Origin: Candidatus Korarchaeum cryptofilum OPF8
GTDB taxonomy: Archaea > Korarchaeota > Korarchaeia > Korarchaeales > Korarchaeaceae
DNA length: 32,000 nucleotides
NCBI RefSeq assembly: GCF_000019605.1
Contig: NC_010482.1
Coordinates: 510,001-542,000 of the forward strand
Reading direction: 5' to 3'
This document shows, in pieces, positions 1 through 8,684 of the stretch. Both the position numbers and the translations under genes were made by a program. Numbering within the stretch: the first letter of the stretch is position 1; every line of letters begins with the position of its first letter. Below the pieces are notes generated by a model that was given only the letters and a program-made list of their open reading frames with translations, searched no databases and had not been told where the DNA came from.

Positions 1-1
1 C

Positions 2-259
2 GTCTACACAGATCTATGGTGGTGGGTCGGGCAGGAGCATGAGGCTGAGGAGAGGAAAGCAGCTTTCCAGCCATATCAAGTGAACTCTAACTTGATGAAG
101 AGGGCAGCTAAGAACGCAGTCTTCATGCACTGCCTCCCCGCTGCTAGGGGGATGGAGGTGACCGATGACGTAATAGATGGGCCGTGGAGCATAGTCTGGG
201 ATCAGGCTGAGAACAGGCTCCACGTGGAGAAGGCTATATTGGTTCTACTCATGGGGTGA
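2..259 (+). CDS. argF: ornithine carbamoyltransferase, C-terminal fragment (5' end lies outside the window)
   Basis: Frame 2 is open from the window edge to TGA 257-259. It reads [90 protein letters not shown] and DQAENRLH are conserved C-terminal OTCase motifs. It is missing from the ORF track only because it has no in-window start. The listed 14..223(-) ORF is its antisense shadow. Confidence 0.85.
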   Translation, partial: VYTDLWWWVGQEHEAEERKAAFQPYQVNSNLMKRAAKNAVFMHCLPAARGMEVTDDVIDGPWSIVWDQAENRLHVEKAILVLLMG

Positions 260-263
260 TGAT

Positions 264-1667
264 GTGTCAGTCTCATTCAAGAAGGTCCTTAAGTACTGGG
301 ACCTCTTTTTATTCAACGTTTGCGCCATAGTCGTGCTCGATACAGTGGCTTCATCAGCCGCTATAGGTATGCAGACATTCTTCTGGTGGTTCGTGACCCT
401 CTTCCTCTTCTTCATCCCCTACGGATTGATAACAGCTGAACTGGGCTCAGCGTGGCCCAGTGAAGGCGGCATATACGTTTGGGTCAAGGAGGCCTTCGGG
501 GAGAAGTGGGCCGTCATGGCCTCCTGGCTCTACTGGGTAAACGTAGCCATATGGATGCCCTCAGTATACGTGCTCTTCAGCGGGACTCTCGCTAAGGTAT
601 TCGCACCTGACCTCAATATATGGGCTCAGACGCTGATAGCGATAGTGATGACATGGGTAACCGTAGCTGCAGGTATATTAGAGCTTGGGAAGTCGAAATG
701 GATCCCTAACTTAGGCGCTATAGTGAAGGCCATAGTACTCTTAGGGGTAGGCGCGATAGGAGTTTACTGGACTTTTACCAGGGGCTTCGCGAACCCCTTC
801 GCACCTCAGGACTTGCTCCCCTCTTGGAGCGTAGCCCTAGCCTATCTTCCGGTGGTAGTTTACAACTACATGGGATTCGAGCTCGCTAGCTCAGCTGGGG
901 AGGAGATGGTTAACCCCCAGAGGGACGTCCCTAGGGCTATAATATTCGCTGGGGCAGCTATATTCCTCCTCTACGTGATAGGGACCTTCGGCCTCCTGGC
1001 GATACTCCCCCTGGATAAGCTGAGCATAGTCACGGGCATAATAGATTCTGTTATAGAGTTCTCCAAAATATTGGGACCAGCTGGAAGCGCTTTAACTTTG
1101 GCATTCGGCATAATGATACTGTACACATTCCTAGCCAATATGGTCACTTGGACGCTGGGCGCTAATAGAGTGCTAGCATCCACAGCGAGCGAGGGCCTCC
1201 TCCCCAGATCCCTCGGCCATTTGCACAGCAAGTACCTCTCGCCCGACTACGCTTACTACTTGACTGGTATCATAAGCACGCTCCTCCTCATAGGGAATGC
1301 AATACCGGCTGAGACAGTAGCTAGTATATTCTGGACGCTCTTCGCACTCTCCAGCTTGATATTCCTCCTCCCATATCTGCTCCTCTTCCCATCCTTCCTG
1401 AAATTGAGGTACAAGAGGCCCGAGGTAGCTAGGCCTTACAAACTACCGGGAGGCATGCCTCTAGCATGGATATCAGCGATATTGGGTGAGATATTCATAG
1501 CTATGGCATGCGTATTCTTCTTTATGCCCCCCGAGGAGATAAAAGATGTCTTCCTCTACGAGGCTGAGCTCATAGGGGGGACCGCCGCAGTGCTCATAAT
1601 TGGCTACTTGCTCTACATCTGGAGCGGGCGAGAGCGTGAGGGCATCCCAACCAGCCGAGTGGGATAA
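264..1667 (+). CDS. APC-superfamily amino acid permease (candidate arginine/ornithine exchanger by context only)
   Basis: 467-aa ORF with a GTG start 4 nt after the OTCase stop. It is hydrophobic throughout, with about 12 TM-length segments by eye. The N-terminal segment FFIPYGLITAELGSAWPSEGGIYVWVKEAFG matches the APC signature region. Confidence 0.85.
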   Translation: MSVSFKKVLKYWDLFLFNVCAIVVLDTVASSAAIGMQTFFWWFVTLFLFFIPYGLITAELGSAWPSEGGIYVWVKEAFGEKWAVMASWLYWVNVAIWMPSVYVLFSGTLAKVFAPDLNIWAQTLIAIVMTWVTVAAGILELGKSKWIPNLGAIVKAIVLLGVGAIGVYWTFTRGFANPFAPQDLLPSWSVALAYLPVVVYNYMGFELASSAGEEMVNPQRDVPRAIIFAGAAIFLLYVIGTFGLLAILPLDKLSIVTGIIDSVIEFSKILGPAGSALTLAFGIMILYTFLANMVTWTLGANRVLASTASEGLLPRSLGHLHSKYLSPDYAYYLTGIISTLLLIGNAIPAETVASIFWTLFALSSLIFLLPYLLLFPSFLKLRYKRPEVARPYKLPGGMPLAWISAILGEIFIAMACVFFFMPPEEIKDVFLYEAELIGGTAAVLIIGYLLYIWSGREREGIPTSRVG

Positions 1668-2817
1668 GGCCAGAGTGGTCCTCCTCTGCCAGCCGAGTAC
1701 GGAGACACTATTCGCGATACTGGAGACTAACTCCGCTAACTTCCTCTATCCATTCGATCTCAAGAAAGCTATCGAGGAACACAGGAATTATAGGAGGAAA
1801 CTTGAGGAGTTCGGAGCTAAGGTCTATGATGTTAGGGAGATGCTCATCAATAAATGCGATGATCCAGGTAACCTCAGGAGATTGAGGGAATTTGCCCTTA
1901 ATAGTGTGAAGTATGCTTTCGAGGGGATATCGGATGAGGATAGGGAGCAACTGCTATCTAACCTCAGGAGGACGATAGATGTACTCAGCCCCGAGGTGCT
2001 GGCCGATATAATAATACTGAGGCCCATAATAAATATAAGGTACAACCCCAGGGCCCTGGATCCGACCACTAGGTTCCTCTCCAGCTACTGCCTGGATCCG
2101 GCGAACAACCTCTACTTCATGAGGGACGGGATGCTGACTACTAAGGAGGGCGTAGTCATAGGGAACTTCACCCTAGACGTGAGGAAGATAGAGAACGATA
2201 TAGTAGAGCTGGCCCTTAGGCAGATGGGTATAGAGCCCATATATAGGGTTAGGGAGCCGGGGCATGCTGAAGGAGGGGACTTCATGCCGGCCGGCGATTT
2301 CGTCCTTCAGGGCGTGGGCCTTCTGAGCGATGAGGACGGGGTGAAGCAGATGCTAGATAATGGGGTCTACGGGAACGTTGAAGTGGCTCTAGTCAGGGAT
2401 CCGACTCCTGGTATGGAGGAGATGCACCTCGATACCTACTTCAACTTCCTCGGCAGTAAGCTCGCTCTACTCTCCGAGGACAGGATGATTGAGGGGAGGG
2501 AGCCCTCAGTTGAGATATTCGAACCCGTAGCTGAGGAGAGGGTGAGCTATAGGAGGAAGGGGAAGATGACCCTGAAGAAGTACCTAGAGGAGAAGGGGTT
2601 CGAGATATTCAAGATAACCGTTGAGGAACAGAGGAACTTCGCTCCTAACTTCCTCCTCCTCGAGGAGAAGAGGATAATAGGGGTTAAGCAGGCAGGAGAG
2701 TCCTTTGAGGAGAGGCTGAAGGAGTACGGTGTTAAAGCCGATCTCCTAGACTTCTCAGCTCTGACAGGAGGTTATGGAGGCCCTCACTGCATGAGCCAGG
2801 TCATACTAAGGGAGTGA
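1600..2817 (+). CDS. arcA: arginine deiminase
   Basis: The track start is TTG 1600. In-frame GTG 1636 and GTG 1675 are alternatives; 1675 lies 7 nt after the permease stop at 1665-1667. Guanidino-group-modifying enzyme motifs occur in ADI order: YFMRD, HAEGGDFMP, EMHLDTYFNF and the C-terminal GGYGGPHCMSQVILRE carrying the catalytic Cys. Confidence 0.85.
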   Translation: MATCSTSGAGESVRASQPAEWDKARVVLLCQPSTETLFAILETNSANFLYPFDLKKAIEEHRNYRRKLEEFGAKVYDVREMLINKCDDPGNLRRLREFALNSVKYAFEGISDEDREQLLSNLRRTIDVLSPEVLADIIILRPIINIRYNPRALDPTTRFLSSYCLDPANNLYFMRDGMLTTKEGVVIGNFTLDVRKIENDIVELALRQMGIEPIYRVREPGHAEGGDFMPAGDFVLQGVGLLSDEDGVKQMLDNGVYGNVEVALVRDPTPGMEEMHLDTYFNFLGSKLALLSEDRMIEGREPSVEIFEPVAEERVSYRRKGKMTLKKYLEEKGFEIFKITVEEQRNFAPNFLLLEEKRIIGVKQAGESFEERLKEYGVKADLLDFSALTGGYGGPHCMSQVILRE

Positions 2818-3840
2818 GAAGGGGAAATCGTCCACTATCTCAACCCTTATTTTCGGCATGTCATTGAACTCAGTGTGGAAGTTGTAGGCGCCCGCGTTCA
2901 GGAATATCACCTTATCCCCCGGCTTCAGCTCCCTATCCAAGTAGACCGAGTACCTGAATATATCCAGGGAGTCGGGGGACCTCCCCTTGAGCAAGTACCT
3001 GAATCCGCCTCCCTCGAGCTCCCCTAGGACCGGGAGCCTTATGTTGAGTAAGTAAGTGTCCATGTAAGCGTTGAATATAGAGCAATCGAGGATGACGTTA
3101 CCCTCATATACGTTCAGTACCTCAGCTTCTAGGGCTACCGAAGGTGCTGCTATGAACCTCCCCGGCTCCATCATGAGCTTTATCCCTCTAGAGTTGAGGA
3201 ATTCCTTAAGCTCCCCTATTTCCCTCAGGACAGCCTCTACCTCAGGCTTTGAATTCGCGTACTTCACAGGGATGCCTCCGCCTATGTTGATCCAATCTAT
3301 ACGCTCGAGTGAATCAGCTAAGGCCTCAGATACATCCTCCTTCAGGCTCCACTCCCCCACGTTCTGGGTCTTCCTGTGGAAGTGGATCCCCAGCTGATCT
3401 ATCAGATCTGATCTGATCTCCTCCATTATCCTGGGGACCTTCCTCCAGTCTATCCCGTAGACGAAGTGCTTCCCCGTATATATCGTGTGCTCCCTCATCT
3501 TTATTCTGATAAATAGATTTACCTTCTCCCCCCTCCTCTCAACTACCTTTATGAATTTTCCGAGCTCCGGTTCATTATCCACTATGAACCATCTCACCCC
3601 TCTATCGAGTAAGTAACTTATTTCATCCTCCCTCTCCCCCTGCAGGTAGTAAACTGCCCTCTCCCCCTCCACCCTCTCCATTGAAGCTATCGAGCTGACT
3701 CCTACCATGGAATCTGTCTCCTTGAGCACCTCCCATATGTGGGGGTTAGTCTTGTAACTGTAAGCCAGGGCATCGCAGTAGCTCCTCGCTATTGAGTACT
3801 GCCTGAGAGCTACTCTCCTGCTTAGTATGAACCTGGCCAA
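2806..3840 (-). CDS. type-III (alanine-racemase-fold) PLP enzyme, Orn/DAP/Arg decarboxylase-like, atypical active site
   Basis: 344 aa, with TTG start 3840 lying 4 nt after the dys stop. Motifs: AYSYKTNP (PLP Lys), GIHFH, IGGGIPVKY (Gly loop), MEPGRFI, NAGAYNF. The C-terminus aligns by eye with ornithine decarboxylase, but GRSPDSLD replaces GPTCDGLD. Confidence 0.75.
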   Translation of the reverse strand: MARFILSRRVALRQYSIARSYCDALAYSYKTNPHIWEVLKETDSMVGVSSIASMERVEGERAVYYLQGEREDEISYLLDRGVRWFIVDNEPELGKFIKVVERRGEKVNLFIRIKMREHTIYTGKHFVYGIDWRKVPRIMEEIRSDLIDQLGIHFHRKTQNVGEWSLKEDVSEALADSLERIDWINIGGGIPVKYANSKPEVEAVLREIGELKEFLNSRGIKLMMEPGRFIAAPSVALEAEVLNVYEGNVILDCSIFNAYMDTYLLNIRLPVLGELEGGGFRYLLKGRSPDSLDIFRYSVYLDRELKPGDKVIFLNAGAYNFHTEFNDMPKIRVEIVDDFPFSLP

Positions 3841-3844
3841 GCTA

Positions 3845-4777
3845 TCACCCCAGGAGCCCCTCCTCCCTCAGCCTCTCTATAGTGTAGAAAGCGATAAGCG
3901 GGAATAGGATAGTGGCATCCCCTATCACGGTGACTGAGTCAGAATCGTCCTTTATCTTCCCCCAGCTCTTCGCCTCAGACGTAGTTGCGCCGCTCATACT
4001 GCCTGAGAACTGAGTGGATGTAGTTATGTAGATAGCGTAATCAGCCCCTCCGCTCAATAGAGTCATGAGTATAGCGTGATGCTTGGATACTCCTCCTCCG
4101 AGGGCTATCACGCCCTTCCTGTCCTCCTGACCCAGCATCAATACCATCTTCCCGAAGTCCCCTATGACATCGAGCTCGAAATCCGGGTGCCTCTCCCTGG
4201 CCATGAATAAGTGGAAGCCGAGGGCACCATCAGTTATAGCTGGGCAGAAGACAGGGACTCCCCTCCTAGCTGCTTGATAGAGGAAGGAGTTCTCATCGCT
4301 CAACCTGAGCCCCAATTCCCTGAGGAAATCCGAGACAGTTAGCTTCCTCACTTCTAGCTCATCTATGAAGCGCGTGATGAATGCCTCGAATCTGGCGTAG
4401 CTATCGTTACTTATGAGTATGTTCCCAACTCTATTCATGCCGAGCTCATGCAACTCCACATCATCAGCTGAGAAGCGATGTATGTAGAACCTCTCCCCCA
4501 GGGCCTTCATCACATCCTCCTCTATCGCTCCGACAGTAGTTATCAGCGCATCCACTATCCCGAGCTTCACCAACTGAGCGAAGAGCCCCCTGAGCCCCGA
4601 AGTCCCCATGTTAGATGTGAAAGTCAGTATTACCTTAGCTCCCTCCCTCTTCATCTTGAAGAATATCTCAGCCGCTTTATAGAGCTCAGTAGCCTGGAAT
4701 CCTATGCTACCGAGGGATTCCACTAGCTCCCTCACGCCCATCCCGGGCTTCCATACTATGTCCTTTACGTACTCCAT
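3845..4777 (-). CDS. dys: deoxyhypusine synthase
   Basis: 310 aa. It contains TFTSNMGTSGLRG, ITTVGAIEEDV and GGGVSKHH (the catalytic-Lys motif of DHS). A TATA-like ATAAATTAATA on the minus strand at about 4796-4806 lies about 24 nt upstream of ATG 4777, so the transcript is probably leaderless. Confidence 0.92.
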   Translation of the reverse strand: MEYVKDIVWKPGMGVRELVESLGSIGFQATELYKAAEIFFKMKREGAKVILTFTSNMGTSGLRGLFAQLVKLGIVDALITTVGAIEEDVMKALGERFYIHRFSADDVELHELGMNRVGNILISNDSYARFEAFITRFIDELEVRKLTVSDFLRELGLRLSDENSFLYQAARRGVPVFCPAITDGALGFHLFMARERHPDFELDVIGDFGKMVLMLGQEDRKGVIALGGGVSKHHAILMTLLSGGADYAIYITTSTQFSGSMSGATTSEAKSWGKIKDDSDSVTVIGDATILFPLIAFYTIERLREEGLLG

Positions 4778-4802
4778 CCCGCATGAATCCCCTCATATTA
4801 AT

Positions 4803-5768
4803 TTATCTGCTGTGGAGCCAGCACCTGACCCTCCTACCGTCCAGATCGATGAGAGGGGGCTCCCTCTCGCTGCATATCTGCATAGCATATGGGCACCTGG
4901 GGTGCAGCTTGCATCCGGGGGGCGGGTTTGATGGATCAGCTATATCCCCCTTCAGCGTGATCTCCTCGAATCCAGACCTCTCCAGGGGTATTGAGGATAG
5001 TAGGGCCTTCGTATACGGATTCTTCGGATCCCCGACTACATCAGCAGTGGCCCCCTCCTCCATGACCCTCCCGAGGTAGAGGACGGCTATCCTGTTGGAT
5101 ATCAGGCTAGCCAGGACTATATCGTGTGTTATGAACATCAGGCCCTGCCCCAGCCTCTCCCTGAACTCCATGAGCAGCTTGAGTATGGAGGCCCTTATAG
5201 ATAGATCCAGGTTAGAAGTCGGCTCATCAGCCACTATGAAATCCGGCTCTAGCAACATAGCCCTAGCTATAGCTACTCTCTGGAGCTGGCCCCCGCTCAA
5301 CTGATAGGGCTTCCTCTCCATGAATTCCTCAGGAGGGGAGAGGCCGACTCTCTCTAACATCTTCGATACCCTATCCCCAGCTTCCTCCCTCGATATCCCG
5401 AAGTGTATCTCTAGGGGCTCGATAAGGGAATCACCGAGCTTTTGAACGGGATTGAAGCTCCCATAAGGATCCTGAGGGATTAGCTGCATCCTCCTCCTCA
5501 TCTTCCTGAGAGTACCTTCGCTCATCTCAGTTATATCAGTGCCATCGAATACCACTCTACCCTCAGTCGGTTTATAGAGCCTCAGAGCCACTCTACCGAG
5601 GGTCGACTTACCGCTCCCGCTCTCACCAACTATGCCGAGCACCTCCCCCCTCTCGACTTCCGCATCTATTCCATCTACAGCCCTGACGACCTTCTTCCTC
5701 CCGAGGGCACCTAAGTAGAAGTACATCTTGACGGCTTCCAATTTCAGGAGCATTAGATCACCTCCCAT
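4803..5768 (-). CDS. Opp/Dpp-type ABC transporter ATPase (OppF/DppF-like)
   Basis: Walker A GESGSGKST, signature LSGGQLQR, Walker B FIVADEPTS. The C-terminal oligopeptide-transporter extension carries 4 Cys (GCKLHPRCPYAMQIC...VRCW). Confidence 0.93.
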   Translation of the reverse strand: MGGDLMLLKLEAVKMYFYLGALGRKKVVRAVDGIDAEVERGEVLGIVGESGSGKSTLGRVALRLYKPTEGRVVFDGTDITEMSEGTLRKMRRRMQLIPQDPYGSFNPVQKLGDSLIEPLEIHFGISREEAGDRVSKMLERVGLSPPEEFMERKPYQLSGGQLQRVAIARAMLLEPDFIVADEPTSNLDLSIRASILKLLMEFRERLGQGLMFITHDIVLASLISNRIAVLYLGRVMEEGATADVVGDPKNPYTKALLSSIPLERSGFEEITLKGDIADPSNPPPGCKLHPRCPYAMQICSEREPPLIDLDGRRVRCWLHSR

Positions 5769-6696
5769 ATAACCAGCAGGAGACTAAGCGTCCATCTACG
5801 CTGAAGAGATCAGGAGTCTGCTCTCTGCATATATCCATCGCCTTGCTGCACCTGGGATGGAATCTGCATCCCTTAGGCGGCTCCCTGAGATCCGGCGGCA
5901 TCCCTGGGATTGATGAGGGCCATTCTCTCGAGAGGAGCCTGGGCAATGAGGAGAGGAGCCCCTTCGTATATGGATGCATCGCCTCCTTCATCATCATATC
6001 TTTATCAGCTACTTCCATCACCTTACCAGCGTACATCACGCATATCCTGTCTGCCCTCTCTAGAGCTAGAGCTATATCGTGAGTTATCAAGATCATACCC
6101 ATATCCCTCCTTATCTCATCAAGAAGATCCATTATCTGCCTCTGAACTATCACATCTAGGGCTGTTGTGGGCTCATCAGCTATGAGCAGGGAGGGGTTCA
6201 TGGATATGGCTGCAGCTATAGCGACTCTCTGCTTCTGCCCCCCGCTCAATTGGTGGGGGTATGCGTCAACCAGTTTCTCAGGTATACCGACCCGCTTCAG
6301 TAAGTATGCGGCCCTCTCCTTCGCCTCCTTCTCATCCACCCCATGCTCTATCATGACCTCAGCTACTATATCGTTCACCCTCCTCAGAGGATCGAGCGTA
6401 GTGAAGGGATCCTGGAATACCATGGAGACCTTGGATCCTCTTAACTTCCTCATCTCCTCCTCGCTCAGCCCCATTATATCCCTATCCTCGAGGATTATCC
6501 TGCCTTCCACTATCCTCCCTGGAGGAGGGACCATCCTCATTATCGCGAAGCCTAAAGTAGATTTACCGCTCCCGCTCTCACCAACTAAAGCTAAAGCTTC
6601 GCCCCTCCTGACCTCGAGGGATACGTTATCCACAGCGTAAACTACACCTTTCTTAGTGAAGTACCTCACGCTGAGATCCTCTACCTTGAGCATCAT
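5758..6696 (-). CDS. Opp/Dpp-type ABC transporter ATPase (OppD/DppD-like)
   Basis: Walker A GESGSGKST, signature LSGGQKQR, Walker B LLIADEPTT. The C-terminal extension carries 4 Cys (GCRFHPRCSKAMDIC...VSCW). It overlaps the next ATPase gene by 11 nt. Confidence 0.93.
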   Translation of the reverse strand: MMLKVEDLSVRYFTKKGVVYAVDNVSLEVRRGEALALVGESGSGKSTLGFAIMRMVPPPGRIVEGRIILEDRDIMGLSEEEMRKLRGSKVSMVFQDPFTTLDPLRRVNDIVAEVMIEHGVDEKEAKERAAYLLKRVGIPEKLVDAYPHQLSGGQKQRVAIAAAISMNPSLLIADEPTTALDVIVQRQIMDLLDEIRRDMGMILITHDIALALERADRICVMYAGKVMEVADKDMMMKEAMHPYTKGLLSSLPRLLSREWPSSIPGMPPDLREPPKGCRFHPRCSKAMDICREQTPDLFSVDGRLVSCWLYGR

Positions 6697-7511
6697 ATCG
6701 CCTCCCTCTCTCCTTTGCTCAGCCCCTCACTTATCAGAGCGAATCCCATGGCCAGTAGCGTTATCATGAGCCCCGGGAAGAAGACCATCCACCAAGCGCC
6801 TGAGAGGATGAACCCCTTACCCTTGTAGAGCTCATATCCCCAATCCGGAGTTGGGGGTTGAACGGAGAGGCCTAAGAAACTGAGGGCAGCTTCAGTCAGC
6901 ACGGCATCGGTGCTGCTCAAACTGAAGACGACCATTATCGTGGGGGCTACATGGGGCAATATGTGTCTGAAGAGCATCCTAGCCAGGGGGAGCCCGAGGG
7001 CCCTATTCACCTCTATGAAGGGCTCGGTCTTCACGCTGAGCACCTGCCCCCTGACCATCCTGAAGTAAGTCGGCACGTAGACTATAGCTATCGCTATAGC
7101 AGCGTTCACTGGGGAAGGCCCGAGCACTACTGCTAGAGTTATAGCTAGGACGAGGCTCGGGAATGCATATATAGAATCCATTATGAATGAGAGAGCCTTA
7201 TCAAGCTTCCCACTTATGTAACCGCTGAGGAGACCCAATGGGATCCCTATGACCGCGCTGAGTATTATAGAGGCGAAGACGACGAATAAGACGGATCTGG
7301 ATCCGTAAACGATCCTGGACCAAACATCGTAGCCCAAGTTATCAGTGCCCATCAAGTTGACCCCGTTAGGAGGGGATAGGGGAGGGCCGGCGACTTCATC
7401 GTATGAGAACGGGGCTATGTAATCAGCTAAAATCGATATAATGATTATGGAGGCCACTATAACTATCCCGGAGATTAAGAAGAGGTTCCCGCGTATCGAC
7501 AAAACTATCAC
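6693..7511 (-). CDS. Opp/Dpp-type ABC transporter permease (OppC/DppC-like)
   Basis: 272 aa polytopic membrane protein. It overlaps the ATPase gene by 4 nt and sits between the OppB-like and OppD-like genes. The N-terminal YIAPFSYDE segment is typical of OppC/DppC. Confidence 0.85.
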   Translation of the reverse strand: MIVLSIRGNLFLISGIVIVASIIIISILADYIAPFSYDEVAGPPLSPPNGVNLMGTDNLGYDVWSRIVYGSRSVLFVVFASIILSAVIGIPLGLLSGYISGKLDKALSFIMDSIYAFPSLVLAITLAVVLGPSPVNAAIAIAIVYVPTYFRMVRGQVLSVKTEPFIEVNRALGLPLARMLFRHILPHVAPTIMVVFSLSSTDAVLTEAALSFLGLSVQPPTPDWGYELYKGKGFILSGAWWMVFFPGLMITLLAMGFALISEGLSKGEREAI

Positions 7512-7512
7512 C

Positions 7513-8529
7513 TCAATACCTTATCCTCGGATCTATGTAAGCGTAAATAACATCCACGATCAAGCTTATCACGCCCACGAAGAAAGCGAAGACTATCACA
7601 ACAGCCTGTATCGCTGGATAATCCCTGTAAAAGACCTTCTCAACTAAGTAAGTTCCTATACCCGGCCAGCTGAATGTTGTCTCGGTTAAGACAGCCCCTC
7701 CCAGTAAGAGGGCGAACTGAAGCCCGGTATATGTGACTATAGGTATCATAGCGTGTTTGAGAGAGTACCTGACTATCTTATCCTCCTTAATTCCCCTCGC
7801 CCTATAAGCCAGGGAGAAGCCAGAATCCAGTGCCTTGATCATGTTGTTCCTCGCTAACCTCATGTAAGGGCCGCTCAGCATTATGCCCAAAGTTATAGAT
7901 GGGAGTATCAGATACTTGAGGGAATCGAAGAAGGCATATAAATTCCCTTGAATTAGTGAATCGAGAAGGACGAATCCAGTCGGTCCTGAAGGAGCTATTC
8001 CAGGCGTGATCCTCCCTCCTATCGGGAGGAGCCTCAACCAGATCCCGAAAATTATCTGAAGGAGCATACCGAACCAAGGGATGAATATAGTGTACAGAAA
8101 TGAGCCGAGAACTCTTATCGATGAATCTATGATCTTTCCCCTTCTCCTAGCAGCTATATAACCGAATGAGACCCCCAGGACTAAGCTGACTATTATAGAG
8201 GAGATAGAGAGCTCTACAGTCGCTGGAAGCCTCTCAATTATATCCTGAGCTATGGGCCTCCCCTGAATCACTAAGCTGACCCCCATATCCCCCCTGAGCA
8301 GGTTAGCTAAGTACTCGAAGTATTGGACGTGAATGGGCTTGTTCAAACCGAGCCTCTCCATTATGGCCCTCAATTGCTCCTCAGGTATGTTCTTCGTACC
8401 CAGCACCGCTAAGACAGGATTCCCCGGGAGGATCCTCAAGATGAAGAATACCAGCGTATAGAGGATCATTATAGTCGGTATTATCAGGAGAGTCCTCACC
8501 CCAATGTATCTAGCGAGCCCCATCCTCAA
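7513..8529 (-). CDS. Opp/Dpp-type ABC transporter permease (OppB/DppB-like)
   Basis: 338 aa from TTG 8529. ATG 8523, giving MGLARYIGVRTLLIIPT, is the more likely start. It is a polytopic protein and the first gene of the minus-strand array. Confidence 0.85.
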   Translation of the reverse strand: MRMGLARYIGVRTLLIIPTIMILYTLVFFILRILPGNPVLAVLGTKNIPEEQLRAIMERLGLNKPIHVQYFEYLANLLRGDMGVSLVIQGRPIAQDIIERLPATVELSISSIIVSLVLGVSFGYIAARRRGKIIDSSIRVLGSFLYTIFIPWFGMLLQIIFGIWLRLLPIGGRITPGIAPSGPTGFVLLDSLIQGNLYAFFDSLKYLILPSITLGIMLSGPYMRLARNNMIKALDSGFSLAYRARGIKEDKIVRYSLKHAMIPIVTYTGLQFALLLGGAVLTETTFSWPGIGTYLVEKVFYRDYPAIQAVVIVFAFFVGVISLIVDVIYAYIDPRIRY

Positions 8530-8684
8530 ACTCCTCCGGTAAGATCCCCTCGCTCTGGGGATATCAAAATTTAAGTTTTACTCCCGAGATCCGTTAATCG
8601 CACTCTTTTGTTTAAACAGCGGATCCCTGAAAGAGTACACCATAAACTTTTTATATTTCAGGGCCCATGCTATAATAAAATCTG
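8530..8684. promoter_or_regulatory. divergent promoter region for the ABC permease/ATPase array and the binding-protein gene
   Basis: 155-bp AT-rich intergenic region. TATA-like TAAAACTTAAATTTTG lies on the minus strand (8565-8580). AAACTTTTTATATTTC lies on the plus strand (8644-8659). There is also a 10-bp palindrome TGTTTAAACA (8609-8618) inside a GATCCG...CGGATC inverted repeat (8588-8624). Confidence 0.45.

Noticed and set aside
14-223. 69-aa minus-strand ORF at the window start
   Set aside because: It lies entirely antisense to a plus-strand frame with unmistakable OTCase C-terminal motifs ([13 protein letters not shown]). Its Pro/Leu/Ser-rich product looks like an antisense shadow.
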